From NCBI GenBank assembly GCA_964565315.1, contig CAZMEO010000007.1, positions 1 to 33,248 on the forward strand: a stretch of DNA of 33,248 bases. Reading direction: 5' to 3'. Position numbers and translations under genes: made by a program. Each line of letters begins with the position of its first letter. The stretch's first letter is position 1. Below, one piece after another: positions 1-10,308 of this stretch. This stretch comes from an uncultured Candidatus Moduliflexus sp. (GTDB lineage: Bacteria; Moduliflexota; Moduliflexia; Moduliflexales; Moduliflexaceae). The notes under the pieces are model-generated. The model ran no database searches and was not told the origin of the DNA. It saw nothing but the letters and a program-made list of their open reading frames with translations.

Positions 1-3000
1 GTCATCTACAATAAGCTGATTGCGAAAGACGACCAGGAATGGGTCTGGAAAGAGGTGCAGAAGTCCGTTGCCGCCAACGCTCCGTATGAAATGACCTACC
101 GCCTCGCCGCGAAAGACGGCAGCCTGAAATGGGTGTGGGAACGAGGACAGGGGCAATATGACGAACAGGGGAATTTGCTTTTTTTAGAGGGATTCATCAC
201 CGACATCACCACGCAAAAGCAGACGGAAGAGGCGCTGCGGGAAAGTCAGGAAAGCCTGGCCGAAGCGCAGCAGATCACGCATATCGGCAACTGGGATTGG
301 AACATCCGCACAGGCATGATGCAATGGTCAGACGAAACCTACCGCATTTTTGGCTTTCGCCCAAAGGAACTGACTGCAACCTACGACATTTTTTTAGCGA
401 TCATCTATTCCGAGGATCGAGAGCGCGCGCAAACCGCCATCCGCGAGGCGATAGAAAAGAAAACGCTGTTTCAGATCGATCACCGCATCATTCGCCCTGA
501 CGGCGAAGTGCGCCACGTGCATGAACAAGGCAAAATCATCCTCGATAAACAGGGCAAGCCGCTGCGCATGATTGGCACGTTCGAAGACGTGACCGAACTC
601 CGGCTGGCGCAGGAAGAATTGCGGGAAAGCGAAGAGCGCTACCGCCGCCTCGTGGAGTTGTCGCCCAATTCCATTCTTGTGCATCAAAACGGGCGCGTGG
701 CCTACGTGAATACGGCGTGCTGCAAGGCGTTTGCGGCACGCGCGCCGGAAGAATTAATCGGAATGTCGGTGCTGGAGCTTGTCGCGCCAGATTTCCGAAT
801 AATCACAACCGAGCGCATCCGCCAGATTTATAAAAACGAGCCGACCAGCTTTGTCGAAAGCCGCTATCTCCGGTTAGACGGGCAAACCATTGACGTTCTG
901 GTGGCTGGAACGCAGACGATCTATCATGGAGCGCCCGCCGTGCAAATCGTCTTTCAGGACATTACGGAACGGAAACGCATCGAAACCGCGCTCCAGGAGT
1001 CCGAGCAACTCATGACCGACATCATCAACTTTTTGCCGGATGCGACGATGGTGATCGATCACGCTGGCACGGTGATTGCCTGGAATCGCGCAATGGAAGA
1101 GATGAGCGGCGTCCCGGCGGCTGAAATGCTCGGTCAGGGGAATTACGCCTATGCCGTCCCGTTTTACGGCAAGCCGCAGCCGATTCTGATCGATATTGCC
1201 TTGCGTTCGCAGGAAGAATCAGACCGCGATTACGCGCATATTCAACGCATGGGCAAGACGCTGGCTGGCGAAACCTACGCGCCGTCGCTGCGCGGCCATG
1301 CGCGCTATCTCTGGGGCGCGGCGACCGTGCTGTACGACGCGGGCGGCAGCGTGATCGGGGCGATTGAAACTATCCGCGACATCACGGAACGCAAGCAGGC
1401 AGAAGACCGCCTGTTTCAATACGAGCGCATTATTGACGAAAGCCCGGATTTTATTTCGTTAGTCGATGCTGACGGACGCTATCTGATTATCAACGAGTCG
1501 TATATGAAATCGCTGGGCAAGCGCCGCGACGAGCTTCTCGGCCATTCTATCGCTGAAGTGATCGGCGCGGACGCATTCGAGCGTGCCGGACGAGCGCGTT
1601 TGAAACAAGTCTTTGCCGGGGAAACCACGCGATATGACGCCTGGTTTACCTTGAGCAACAACGAACGGCATTTTTTCAACGTGACCTATTCCCCGTATCG
1701 CGATTTCAACGGAACGATTACCGGCGCGATTCTCAGCAGCCGCGACCTCACGGATTTGAAACATGCGCAGACCGAGTTGGAAGAAAGCGAAACGCGCTAC
1801 CGCCAGTTCGTCGAAACGTCGCCGGATGCTATCGTCGTGCATCAGGCCAGCAAAGTTGTCTATGTGAATGCCGCCTGCCTCACCATCATGCGAGCGACGC
1901 CGGAGCAAATGATCGGCCAGCACGTGCTGGCTTTCGTCCATGCTGATTATCATGCGGCGCTGACCGAGCGTTTGCGGCAGCTCTATGAAGAGGGGAGCAG
2001 CACCGAATTTATCGAAGTCCGCTATATCCGCATGGATGGGCAGGAAATCTTCGTGACAATGGGGAGCGCTCCGACGCAGTATCAGGGAAAACCGGCGGTG
2101 CAGACGGTCTTTCAAGACATTACGGAACGCAAGCTCGCCGAAGCCGAACTGCGCGAGAAAGAAGCGGAAATCGCCCGCATCAACACGCTTTCTGACACGG
2201 CGCTCGATCTCTCAAACAGCGGCTATTGGTATATTGATTACGCCGATCCAGAGTATATAATCATCTCCGAACGCGCCAGAAAAATTTCGGGGGAATTGCC
2301 AGACACGGAAAATCGGCTGCATCTTCGCGACGATTGGCTTGCGCGAATCAAGGAGATTGATCCGAAAAAAAGCGAGGCCGTGCATGAGGCCTATCGCGGC
2401 GCGTTAGAAGGGCGTTACCCTCGCTATGAAGCGCTCTATGCCGTTCGCCGCCCAGTTGACGGCCAGCTTATCTGGCTGCATTCCGTCGGTCAGATCGCTC
2501 GCAATCAGGACGGTCAGCCACTAATGATGTACGGCGTCGTTCAGGATATTACCACGCGCCGAGAAGCCGAAGCAAAATTGCAGCAGCTTTCTGAACAATT
2601 GCTTGCCCTGAACCGCGATTTTCTTGCGCTGCTCGATAATACGGTCGATTTTATTTACATCAAGGATAAGCAGCATCGTTTTACCGCCAGCAGCCGCAAT
2701 TTCGCGCAGTTGGCGGGCTATCCGGATTGGATCGATCTTGTCGGCAAGACCGATTTCGACATCTTCCCTCAAGAACTTGCGGAGTGCTATTTTACCTTCG
2801 AACAATCGGTCATTTTGAATGGGAAAGAACTGTTAAACCACGAAGAACCGTATCAACGCACTGATGGCACTGAAGGCTGGGTGTCGTCGTCGAAACGTCC
2901 GCTTCGCGGCTCAAAAGGCGAAATCATCGGACTCTTCGGCATCAGCCACGATATTACGGAGCGCAAGCGAATTGAACAAGAGTTGATCGCATCAAAAGAA

Positions 3001-4248
3001 ATTGCCGAGAACGCCACTCGCGCCAAAAGCGACTTCTTGGCGCGGATGAGCCACGAAATCCGCACGCCGATGAACGGCATTATCGGCCTGAGCCATCTCG
3101 CCTTGCAGACCGAATTGACCGCCAAACAGGAGGATTATCTGAGCAAAATTCTCGCGTCCGCGCATAACCTCTTGCGGCTGATCAACGACATTCTCGATTT
3201 TTCCAAAATCGAAGCCGGAAAATTGACGCTGGAACACATCAATTTCACGTTAGATGACGTGCTGGAAAATGTCACGAATCAACTGGCGATTCACGCCTCG
3301 GAGAAAGGGCTGGAACTCCTCTTTTCGATTGCGCCGGACGTGCCGCTTGCGCTCGTCGGCGATCCGCTGCGTCTCGGTCAGGTGTTATTGAATCTGACCT
3401 CGAACGCGATCAAATTTACGACCGCCGGAGAAATCCTGCTCAGCGCCGAATTGACAGGCTCGCAAGACGAGCAGACGCATCTGCGCTTTGCCGTCCGGGA
3501 TACCGGCATCGGCTTGACGCCGGAACAGATCGCGCAGCTTTTTCAGCCATTTACGCAGGCTGACGGCTCGACGACACGCAAATATGGCGGCACAGGCTTG
3601 GGGCTGGCGATCTGCCGCCGCCTGACCGAAATGATGAGGGGCGAGATCGGCGTTGACAGCGAGTCGGGCAAAGGAAGCACATTCTGGTTTACAGCGACAT
3701 TCGCCCGGCAGTCTGCGGGCGCAGTTCAGCCGATACGCATTATTCCGCAAGATTTGCAAGCGTTGCGGGCGTTGGTGGTGGATGATAATGAAACGTCGCG
3801 CCAGATTTTGCGGGCGGCCTTAGAGCAATTTACATGGCAGGTGACGACCGCCGCGTCCGGCCTGGATGCACTTGAAATCCTGGAATTAGCATTGAAGCAT
3901 CATGAACGCCCCTACGATTTGATTTTGATGGACTGGAAAATGCCGGGCATGGATGGGATTGAAACCACCACGCGCATCAAATATCATCTCAATCTTCCGC
4001 ATACGCCGACGATTATCATGGTGACGGCGTATGGGCGCGAAGAAATTCTGAAACAGGCGCAGGAAGCCAATCTTGACGGATTTCTCGTGAAGCCGTCAGC
4101 CATTCCGTGCTGCTGGATGCCATCATGGAAGCGTTCGGCAAATCGGTTGAAAAACGCCAGTACGCAAACCAATCGCAGCCGCAACGTCCGCAGGGCTTTG
4201 ACGCGGTGCGCGGCGCGAAACTGCTTCTTGTCGAAGATCATGAAGTGA
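1..4248 (+). CDS. Multi-PAS hybrid sensor histidine kinase, upstream portion (5'-partial; reading frame breaks near 4095)
   Basis: The frame is open from nt 1 ([18 protein letters not shown] precedes the GTG at 55), so the gene begins left of the window. It has many PAS-type modules ending in DITERK/DVTELR-like strings. Kinase motifs: H-box [13 protein letters not shown] (~nt 3050), N-box [13 protein letters not shown]-boxes RDTGIGL and [10 protein letters not shown] receiver follows: [13 protein letters not shown]...[13 protein letters not shown]...GFLVKP. After LVKP the translation becomes junk ([14 protein letters not shown]...) until the stop at 4248. Confidence 0.9.
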   Translation, partial: VIYNKLIAKDDQEWVWKEVQKSVAANAPYEMTYRLAAKDGSLKWVWERGQGQYDEQGNLLFLEGFITDITTQKQTEEALRESQESLAEAQQITHIGNWDWNIRTGMMQWSDETYRIFGFRPKELTATYDIFLAIIYSEDRERAQTAIREAIEKKTLFQIDHRIIRPDGEVRHVHEQGKIILDKQGKPLRMIGTFEDVTELRLAQEELRESEERYRRLVELSPNSILVHQNGRVAYVNTACCKAFAARAPEELIGMSVLELVAPDFRIITTERIRQIYKNEPTSFVESRYLRLDGQTIDVLVAGTQTIYHGAPAVQIVFQDITERKRIETALQESEQLMTDIINFLPDATMVIDHAGTVIAWNRAMEEMSGVPAAEMLGQGNYAYAVPFYGKPQPILIDIALRSQEESDRDYAHIQRMGKTLAGETYAPSLRGHARYLWGAATVLYDAGGSVIGAIETIRDITERKQAEDRLFQYERIIDESPDFISLVDADGRYLIINESYMKSLGKRRDELLGHSIAEVIGADAFERAGRARLKQVFAGETTRYDAWFTLSNNERHFFNVTYSPYRDFNGTITGAILSSRDLTDLKHAQTELEESETRYRQFVETSPDAIVVHQASKVVYVNAACLTIMRATPEQMIGQHVLAFVHADYHAALTERLRQLYEEGSSTEFIEVRYIRMDGQEIFVTMGSAPTQYQGKPAVQTVFQDITERKLAEAELREKEAEIARINTLSDTALDLSNSGYWYIDYADPEYIIISERARKISGELPDTENRLHLRDDWLARIKEIDPKKSEAVHEAYRGALEGRYPRYEALYAVRRPVDGQLIWLHSVGQIARNQDGQPLMMYGVVQDITTRREAEAKLQQLSEQLLALNRDFLALLDNTVDFIYIKDKQHRFTASSRNFAQLAGYPDWIDLVGKTDFDIFPQELAECYFTFEQSVILNGKELLNHEEPYQRTDGTEGWVSSSKRPLRGSKGEIIGLFGISHDITERKRIEQELIASKEIAENATRAKSDFLARMSHEIRTPMNGIIGLSHLALQTELTAKQEDYLSKILASAHNLLRLINDILDFSKIEAGKLTLEHINFTLDDVLENVTNQLAIHASEKGLELLFSIAPDVPLALVGDPLRLGQVLLNLTSNAIKFTTAGEILLSAELTGSQDEQTHLRFAVRDTGIGLTPEQIAQLFQPFTQADGSTTRKYGGTGLGLAICRRLTEMMRGEIGVDSESGKGSTFWFTATFARQSAGAVQPIRIIPQDLQALRALVVDDNETSRQILRAALEQFTWQVTTAASGLDALEILELALKHHERPYDLILMDWKMPGMDGIETTTRIKYHLNLPHTPTIIMVTAYGREEILKQAQEANLDGFLVKPSAIPCCWMPSWKRSANRLKNASTQTNRSRNVRRALTRCAARNCFLSKIMK

Positions 4249-5237
4249 ATCGGCAAGTGGCGACCGAACTCTTGCAGCACGAAGGATTTTGGGTCGAAAC
4301 CGCGCATGATGGCCGCGCCGCCGTGACGCTGCTGCGAGACGCTGGCGAGCAGGCGTTTGATCTCGTGCTGATGGATTTGCAAATGCCCGAAATGGACGGC
4401 TATACCGCCACGCAGGAAATCCGTCAATTCGGCTATCACGCGCTGCCGATTGTCGCGATGACCGCCGACGCCATGAGCGGCGTGGCGGAGCGCTGTTTCG
4501 ACGTCGGCATGAATGATTACGTGACCAAGCCGATTGATCCGCAGGAGTTATTCAGCGCATTAGCGCGATGGATTACGCCAGGCGTTCGTCCATTATATCA
4601 TCCTGCGCAGACTCCGGCGGAGGATGCGGCAGCGCTGCCAAACCTCCCCGGCATTGATGTCGCATCCGGCATAGAGCGCATCGGCGGCAACCTCAATGCG
4701 TATCGGAAACTTTTGCAGAAATTCGCCCAACAATACGCCGCCTATGGAGAGCAAATTCATGCGGCGCTGATGCGCGACAATCTTGAATCAGCCATCCATT
4801 TAGCGCACAGCCTGAAAGGGGTTTCCGGCAATATCGGCGCGATGGCGCTGCATCTCGCGGCGCGGGACGTGGAACTGACTCTTAAAGACCCGCATCAGCC
4901 CGGATTGTCAGGGAAATTAGAAACCATGATTTCCGCGCTGCATCAGATCATTCAAACGCTCGCTCCGTTGGCAGACACGCCGACTGTTTCCCCGCCGCCG
5001 ACGACCAAACCGATTGATGCCGCCGCGCTGCGCCCGATGATAGCGCGGTTACGCGCCTTGCTGCAAGAAGATGACATGGAGGCGGTGGAATGCGTCGAAG
5101 CGCTGAAACAGCAGACCAGCGGAACGGAGATTGCCGACGAGCTTCAAAAAATTGACACCGCGCTTGGCCGCTATGATTTCGAACAGGCATTGGCGCATCT
5201 GGAACAACTCATCAGCCAGATGCCGCATGATTTATAG
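4107..5237 (+). CDS. Downstream portion of the same hybrid kinase: end of receiver 1, second receiver domain, HPt domain
   Basis: From nt 4095 this frame reads [16 protein letters not shown], the natural continuation of ...GFLVKP. It then has a REC domain ([13 protein letters not shown]...[13 protein letters not shown]...DYVTKPI) and an HPt signature ([12 protein letters not shown]). GTG 4107 is only the first start-like codon in the ORF track and is probably not a true initiation site. Confidence 0.85.
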   Translation: MLLDAIMEAFGKSVEKRQYANQSQPQRPQGFDAVRGAKLLLVEDHEVNRQVATELLQHEGFWVETAHDGRAAVTLLRDAGEQAFDLVLMDLQMPEMDGYTATQEIRQFGYHALPIVAMTADAMSGVAERCFDVGMNDYVTKPIDPQELFSALARWITPGVRPLYHPAQTPAEDAAALPNLPGIDVASGIERIGGNLNAYRKLLQKFAQQYAAYGEQIHAALMRDNLESAIHLAHSLKGVSGNIGAMALHLAARDVELTLKDPHQPGLSGKLETMISALHQIIQTLAPLADTPTVSPPPTTKPIDAAALRPMIARLRALLQEDDMEAVECVEALKQQTSGTEIADELQKIDTALGRYDFEQALAHLEQLISQMPHDL

Positions 5238-5296
5238 AAGACTCTCGCCTGTCAAGCTTCAACACCCTGGCAGGGCGAGTCAAATAAGGAATGATT

Positions 5297-6748
5297 ATGG
5301 ATGAAAAGGCCGCTCAACAAAAGATTCTGATTGTGGACGATCTGCCGGAAAATATCGACGTGCTTGGCGCGATTTTGACCGATTACAAGCGCATTATCGC
5401 GCTAAATGGAGAGAAAGCGTTACAGAAAGCGTTCTCGGACAATCCGCCGGATTTGATTTTGTTAGATATTATGATGCCGGGCATGGATGGGTATGAGGTC
5501 TGCGCCCAATTGAAGGCCGACGAGCGCACACGCGATATTCCGGTCATTTTTCTCAGCGCTCTGGACGAAGCGGCTGATAAGGTCAAAGCCTTCGCGGTCG
5601 GCGGCGTGGATTATGTGACGAAGCCGTTTCATGTGGAAGAAGTATTAGCGCGGGTGAAAAATCATCTGACGATTCGGCAGTTGCAGCGCCAGCTTCAGGA
5701 ATCGTATCGCCGCGAACAGGGGCGCCGCCAGGAATTACAGACGACGCTGGAAGACTTGCAGCGCGCGCAGGCGCAATTGCTTGTGTCGGAAAAAATGGCG
5801 GCGCTTGGCAAATTGGTCGCGAATATCGCGCACGAAATCAACACGCCGCTTGGCGCGATTCAGGCATCCGCGCAGAACGGCTGCCATGCGTTTCGAGAAA
5901 CGCTGCGTCATCTTCCGCAACTCATCCAGCGGCTTGAGCCGGAACAGCAGCCTGATTTTTTAGCGTTTGTGGAACGAGCGTTACAGGAAAAGCAGCAGTT
6001 CACTTCCCGTGAAGAACGGAAATTGCGCCAGCAAGTGCATCAGGAATTAGAAATTCTCCAGATTGGCAACGCCGACGATTTAGCCGATATTCTGGTAGAC
6101 CTCGGCATCTACTCGGGCTTCGGACAATTCCTTTCGCTGCTGCAAAGCCGTTACGCAATTGAAGTCGCGCAGATGGCCTACCATTTCGCCACGCAGCAGC
6201 ATAATCTCCAGAATATCCTTCGCGCGGTCGAACGCACGTCGAAGGTTGTCGTTGCGCTGAAAAGCTACAGCGCCGAGGAAGAATCGTGGCAGCGGGTCGC
6301 CGCCTCGATTTTCGACGGCATCGAAGTCGCGCTGACCTTGTATCAAAATCAACTCAAACAGGGAATTCAGATCATCAGGCAATATGGGGAGATTCCAATG
6401 ATTTTCTGTTACCCGGATCAACTCAATCAGGTCTGGTCGCATCTGATTCATAACGCAATTTGGGCGATGCAGGGCAAAGGAACGCTTGAGATTGCCATTC
6501 ACGCCATTCCTGAATCAGGAGACGGAAGCGGTGGGATTGCCATTAAAATCACCGATTCTGGCTGCGGCATTCCCGACGCGATCAAGGAGCGCATTTTCGA
6601 GCCATTTTTCACGACAAAATCAGCGGGCGAAGGAAGCGGATTAGGGCTGGATATTTGCAAAAAGATTATTGAGAGACATTATGGGCATCTCTCGGCTGAA
6701 AGCAGGCCGGGACGCACGACGTTCAGCGTATGGCTGCCGGTGGCATGA
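5297..6748 (+). CDS. Response-regulator receiver fused to a histidine kinase (REC-HisKA-HATPase)
   Basis: REC motifs: ILIVDDLPENI...LILLDIMMPGMDGYE...DYVTKPF. A coiled-coil linker follows, then H-box ANIAHEINTPLGAI and ATPase motifs HNAIWAM, DSGCGIP, GEGSGLGLDICK. AAGGA at 5286-5290 is 6 nt from ATG 5297. ATG 5291 is an alternative start. Confidence 0.9.
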   Translation: MDEKAAQQKILIVDDLPENIDVLGAILTDYKRIIALNGEKALQKAFSDNPPDLILLDIMMPGMDGYEVCAQLKADERTRDIPVIFLSALDEAADKVKAFAVGGVDYVTKPFHVEEVLARVKNHLTIRQLQRQLQESYRREQGRRQELQTTLEDLQRAQAQLLVSEKMAALGKLVANIAHEINTPLGAIQASAQNGCHAFRETLRHLPQLIQRLEPEQQPDFLAFVERALQEKQQFTSREERKLRQQVHQELEILQIGNADDLADILVDLGIYSGFGQFLSLLQSRYAIEVAQMAYHFATQQHNLQNILRAVERTSKVVVALKSYSAEEESWQRVAASIFDGIEVALTLYQNQLKQGIQIIRQYGEIPMIFCYPDQLNQVWSHLIHNAIWAMQGKGTLEIAIHAIPESGDGSGGIAIKITDSGCGIPDAIKERIFEPFFTTKSAGEGSGLGLDICKKIIERHYGHLSAESRPGRTTFSVWLPVA

Positions 6749-6979
6749 CGCCTTCGCAGTGTAAGGTCTGCGAATAAAATTTAATACGATCCTCATTTAA
6801 ACCTAACACAACCACAGACTATAAGTTCTATAAAGATTCCAGTGTGCCAGCAGTGTGGCGCAATAATTACCATCTACGACTGTTTTTGCAAGATATGCGT
6901 GACGGGTAAATCGTACCCCGGCAGCCCTGTCCGGGTGCGTCATCCGTCAGCGTAAACTTGACAGAACACTACACTGATT

Positions 6980-7093
6980 CAGTAATTTTTAAAAGAACTT
7001 CGTACCGCCGACGTCCTCGTCGGCCAGGTAATAGCGAAGGTTTGTCACGCCGAGAGGACATCGGTGGTACGACATGTGCGTAAAAAATTACTG
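6980..7093. repeat. Long imperfect inverted repeat (two-tier hairpin) in the 386-bp spacer upstream of the MCP gene
   Basis: The inner arms are 7001-7024 (cgtaccgccgacgtcctcgtcggc) and 7049-7071 (gccgagaggacatcggtggtacg). They pair over ~23 bp with one bulge and two non-Watson-Crick positions around a 24-nt loop. The outer arms are 6980-6990 (cagtaattttt) and 7083-7093 (aaaaattactg). The octamer ctgattca also recurs as a direct repeat at 6974 and 7091. Confidence 0.7.
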
Positions 7094-7134
7094 ATTCAAT
7101 GTATTACATTTCATCATTATAAGACGCATTATTT

Positions 7135-9801
7135 ATGGAACTACATTGGACGCAAAAATTTTTCCCAACGATAACTGGCGAGTCATCATATCATCTCGGT
7201 CGCAAAAATCTATTCGGAAGCACGTTGCAGCAGAAATTCCTGCTGCTTTGCGGGCTGTTGGTGTTGTTGATGGCGGGGAGCATTTCGACGACTTATTTCG
7301 TCATGGTGCGCAAGGAAAAACAGCAGCAGTCGCAACGGCATCTTCAGGTGGCGTTTGACATGACCCTGAACGATATTGCGCGGCAGGCGCATACGTTCAC
7401 TCAGGGCGCGAAAGCATTCCTGAAAGCGAGCAAATCAATCCAGGGAGTCGCCAGCATTCATGCCGCACAATTATTAAATCGGCAGCCTTCAGTGCAAGAA
7501 TCGATTATGCAATCGTATTTGCTGACCGTGACGGAGGAGCTTGCGACATTTTCCCGAATTGTCTCCGCCAACCGCGTCATCTTATACGGCATCGACGCTT
7601 CGATTTTAGCAATGTGTCAGAATTCGCATGATACGCAAACTGTTGGAATCAGTGTGTTATCGTCTTCAGGCAACCAGACGTATCTGTCGTTTGATGATCC
7701 TTCCGAGGCGAGCCAGATGCTCGCGGGCATCGTGCCGATTCCGGATCGCCTCTTTCCGGCGGGCGTCGCCACGCATTTCAATGGCAAGATTCCCGACGAT
7801 ATTGTCACGCAATTTTTCAACGAAGATAATCGGCTTGGCATCCGCGCCGTCGTGCCGATCCGCTCGTCCGAAGACAAAATTGTCGGCGTCATGACCTGCG
7901 ATAATTTTTATACGCAAGAATGGATCGAACAATACGCCCGTTTAAGCCAGACGGAACTCAATCTGTTTATCGGCGCGGGGTTCAGCATCGGTTCATTTCC
8001 GTTGCAGTCGGAACTCCCAGATTTTCAGATGATCTCCTCCCCGCCGATTCCTGGAAAGACCTTTTTTCAATATAAAAACGTGCAATACGACATCTCGGCG
8101 CTGCCGGTGCGGTTCGGCCAGCAGGAATATTATCAGGCGCGGTATCAATTTATGGATGATCATCAGACGGTGTACACGCTCACGGCAAGCGTTTCCAAAG
8201 AGCGCGAAGATCGGGAAATCCGCAAAATGCTCGGCGAGATGCTGAGCGTGTCCGTCGTTTCGATGCTGATTGTGTTCGGGCTGTCCATCCTCATGAGTCG
8301 GCGCACAATGCAGATGCTCGAAGAATTGTTGCGTGTCATGGAGGCGTTAGCGCTGGGAAACTTGCGGCGGATGGCGTTCATCTTCACGCGCGATGAATTC
8401 GGCCTGTTAGCCGTCAAACTCAACGAAGTCATCATCCGCATTCGCGATATTTCGCACCAGACCAAGACAGTATCGGGAAACGTCACAACAACTGCCGACA
8501 ATATTTTGCAGGAAACCACGCAAGTATTTCAGATGATGGAACAGCAGACCATCTCTGTCGAGCAGACGCGGGAAGCCATTGAGCAGATCGACCGCTTTAT
8601 TGATTCGGTCGCAATCAATATGAAGGAGCTTTCCAATATTACGGAACAGATTCTGCTGTCGGTGCGCCAGATGAACGTGGTGACGGAACAGGTCGCGATC
8701 AGCACCGACCATCTGAATCGTGACATCTGGGATATTTCTGCGTTTACAGAGCAGGTCAAAGAGACGTCTCGACATATTTTTCAGCACAGCACAAGCTTAT
8801 TAGGCATGGTGCAGGAGACGCAAGCGTCGATTCGCCATATTGGAGCGCGGCTGGTCGAGGTCTCGCAAAACGCGGAAGATTCGCAGGAATTGGCGAAAAA
8901 AACGCTGCATGTCGCCTTTGAAGGGCGGCATACGGTCGATTCCGCAATTGAAGGAATCCGCGAATTGAAGGAAATGATGAACAATTCTGAAACACTGATG
9001 CGTAACGTTCATGATCGCGCTGCGCAAATGAGTTCGATTCTCGATTTCGTGGATGAAATCGCCGAAAAAACCGGGCTGCTTTCGTTGAATGCCTCGATTA
9101 TTGCGGCGCAAGCTGGCGAGCATGGCCGAGGATTTGCGGTCATCGCGAACGAAATTCGCGAGTTGTCCGCGCTCACGAAATCTTCGACCAAAGAAATTTA
9201 TCAGGTGATTGCCGCGTTGCGCAAAGAAGTCTCCTCCGGCGTCAAGAATGTGTCTGATGGAATGACGAAAGTTGATCACGGCGTCGAATTAGTCAGCAAT
9301 GTCAAACATTCGTTGAGCGCCATTATCGATCAGGCGGCGCAGTCTGCCGAATGTGCCTCATCGACGGGACGCATGATTGAAGACACGGTTTCCAGCAGTA
9401 TGCAGATTCAATATGCCATGCAGCATGTCACGGAAATGACGGGCGTCATTCAGCAGAAACTCGATCAGGAAGAACGCGATGTGCAGCAAGTGGCGGAGTG
9501 CATCGAAAACCTCAGTTCCATGTCGGAGCAAATGAAACAAGCTGCAATTTCCCATAATAGCGAGGCTGAACGAGTCTATCAACAGATGAAAACGTTTACG
9601 AGCAGTTTGCATAATATTTCGGAGCAAACCCAGGAATTGCAGCGCAGTTCGGATCAAATCGTCGGCGCGATGCAGAATATCGAGACCGTGACTGACAACA
9701 TCGTGCAGGATACGATGACTCTGTCGCGCCATACGATTCAGCAGCTTGTGCGGCAATCTGTCGCGCTTCAGGAACGGCTGAACGTTTTTCAAATCGAATA
9801 A
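7135..9801 (+). CDS. Methyl-accepting chemotaxis protein-type transducer (2 TM, periplasmic sensor region, HAMP, long MCP signalling domain)
   Basis: TM segments LLLCGLLVLLMAGSISTTYFVMV and MLSVSVVSMLIVFGLSILM flank a ~300-aa extracytoplasmic region. A HAMP-like linker follows. The hallmark MCP hairpin-tip motif is present: EIAEKTGLLSLNASIIAAQAGEHGRGFAVIANEIRELS. Confidence 0.9.
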   Translation: MELHWTQKFFPTITGESSYHLGRKNLFGSTLQQKFLLLCGLLVLLMAGSISTTYFVMVRKEKQQQSQRHLQVAFDMTLNDIARQAHTFTQGAKAFLKASKSIQGVASIHAAQLLNRQPSVQESIMQSYLLTVTEELATFSRIVSANRVILYGIDASILAMCQNSHDTQTVGISVLSSSGNQTYLSFDDPSEASQMLAGIVPIPDRLFPAGVATHFNGKIPDDIVTQFFNEDNRLGIRAVVPIRSSEDKIVGVMTCDNFYTQEWIEQYARLSQTELNLFIGAGFSIGSFPLQSELPDFQMISSPPIPGKTFFQYKNVQYDISALPVRFGQQEYYQARYQFMDDHQTVYTLTASVSKEREDREIRKMLGEMLSVSVVSMLIVFGLSILMSRRTMQMLEELLRVMEALALGNLRRMAFIFTRDEFGLLAVKLNEVIIRIRDISHQTKTVSGNVTTTADNILQETTQVFQMMEQQTISVEQTREAIEQIDRFIDSVAINMKELSNITEQILLSVRQMNVVTEQVAISTDHLNRDIWDISAFTEQVKETSRHIFQHSTSLLGMVQETQASIRHIGARLVEVSQNAEDSQELAKKTLHVAFEGRHTVDSAIEGIRELKEMMNNSETLMRNVHDRAAQMSSILDFVDEIAEKTGLLSLNASIIAAQAGEHGRGFAVIANEIRELSALTKSSTKEIYQVIAALRKEVSSGVKNVSDGMTKVDHGVELVSNVKHSLSAIIDQAAQSAECASSTGRMIEDTVSSSMQIQYAMQHVTEMTGVIQQKLDQEERDVQQVAECIENLSSMSEQMKQAAISHNSEAERVYQQMKTFTSSLHNISEQTQELQRSSDQIVGAMQNIETVTDNIVQDTMTLSRHTIQQLVRQSVALQERLNVFQIE

Positions 9802-10308
9802 ATAAAAATGCGTACCGTGCTCGACAAACGATTATCCGACAACATCCGCGAATATTCGAAGGAAGTACCAACGTTTTTTGATTTGCTCGATATGGTGTCG
9901 AAAAAATTTACATATTTTAAAATGCCAGCAAACTCTTATTTTATCATGAGTTATAGAGTTGTTTTGCCAAATCACAGAAAGACGTGTCGGGGAAATTTAC
10001 GCTTTTGGCAATATTCTGACGCAGCATTCCTCGCGAATGAAAATATTCATCAGCATATCGCCCCTGTTGCTTCCCGCTCAAATCAAGGAAAGTCAGCGTT
10101 CGAACAGATAAATTTTTCATGTTGGCATGATGCTTGCTTTAAGACAAGGCATCTGATTGACAATGGAAATCATCAGAGATTTTTAACGTAGAAACCAATA
10201 ACACACAAGGAAGTGAAAAAGCCAAACCCGTCGTGAGGCGGGGACGGAAAGCTGCGGGTCTTCAGGAAGAAGACAGCCGGGTTGCCACCATGCAAATGGA
10301 GGCGGAGG

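Noticed and set aside
4087-4110. Programmed -1 ribosomal frameshift joining 1-4248 and 4107-5237
   Set aside because: There is no X XXY YYZ slippery heptamer at aag-ccg-tca and no obvious downstream pseudoknot or hairpin. A simple 1-nt indel (mutation or assembly error) explains the junction better.
394-4439. Minus-strand ORFs inside the hybrid kinase gene (e.g. 1459-2115, 3385-3759, 3984-4439)
   Set aside because: They lie antisense to a gene with unmistakable PAS/HisKA/HATPase/REC motifs. Their translations are Arg/Ala/His-rich with no recognisable motifs, typical of shadow ORFs in mid/high-GC coding DNA.
6749-7134. Retron msr/msd, riboswitch or tRNA-like element in the spacer containing the long hairpin
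   Set aside because: No reverse transcriptase gene is nearby. I recognise no conserved riboswitch core, and there is no T-loop/anticodon architecture. It is kept only as an unexplained structured repeat.
8163-9871. Minus-strand ORFs antisense to the MCP gene (8163-8519, 8407-8787, 8800-9279, 9358-9792, 9596-9871)
   Set aside because: They are shadow ORFs opposite a gene with the canonical MCP hairpin-tip motif. They have no motifs and no ribosome-binding sites.
9808-10191. 127-aa plus-strand ORF directly after the MCP stop
   Set aside because: The segment is A/T-rich and promoter-like. It has no SD sequence, its composition is odd (Phe/Asn/Cys/His-rich), and it has no recognisable motif. 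I treat it as non-coding leader/spacer of the PEP-CTERM gene.
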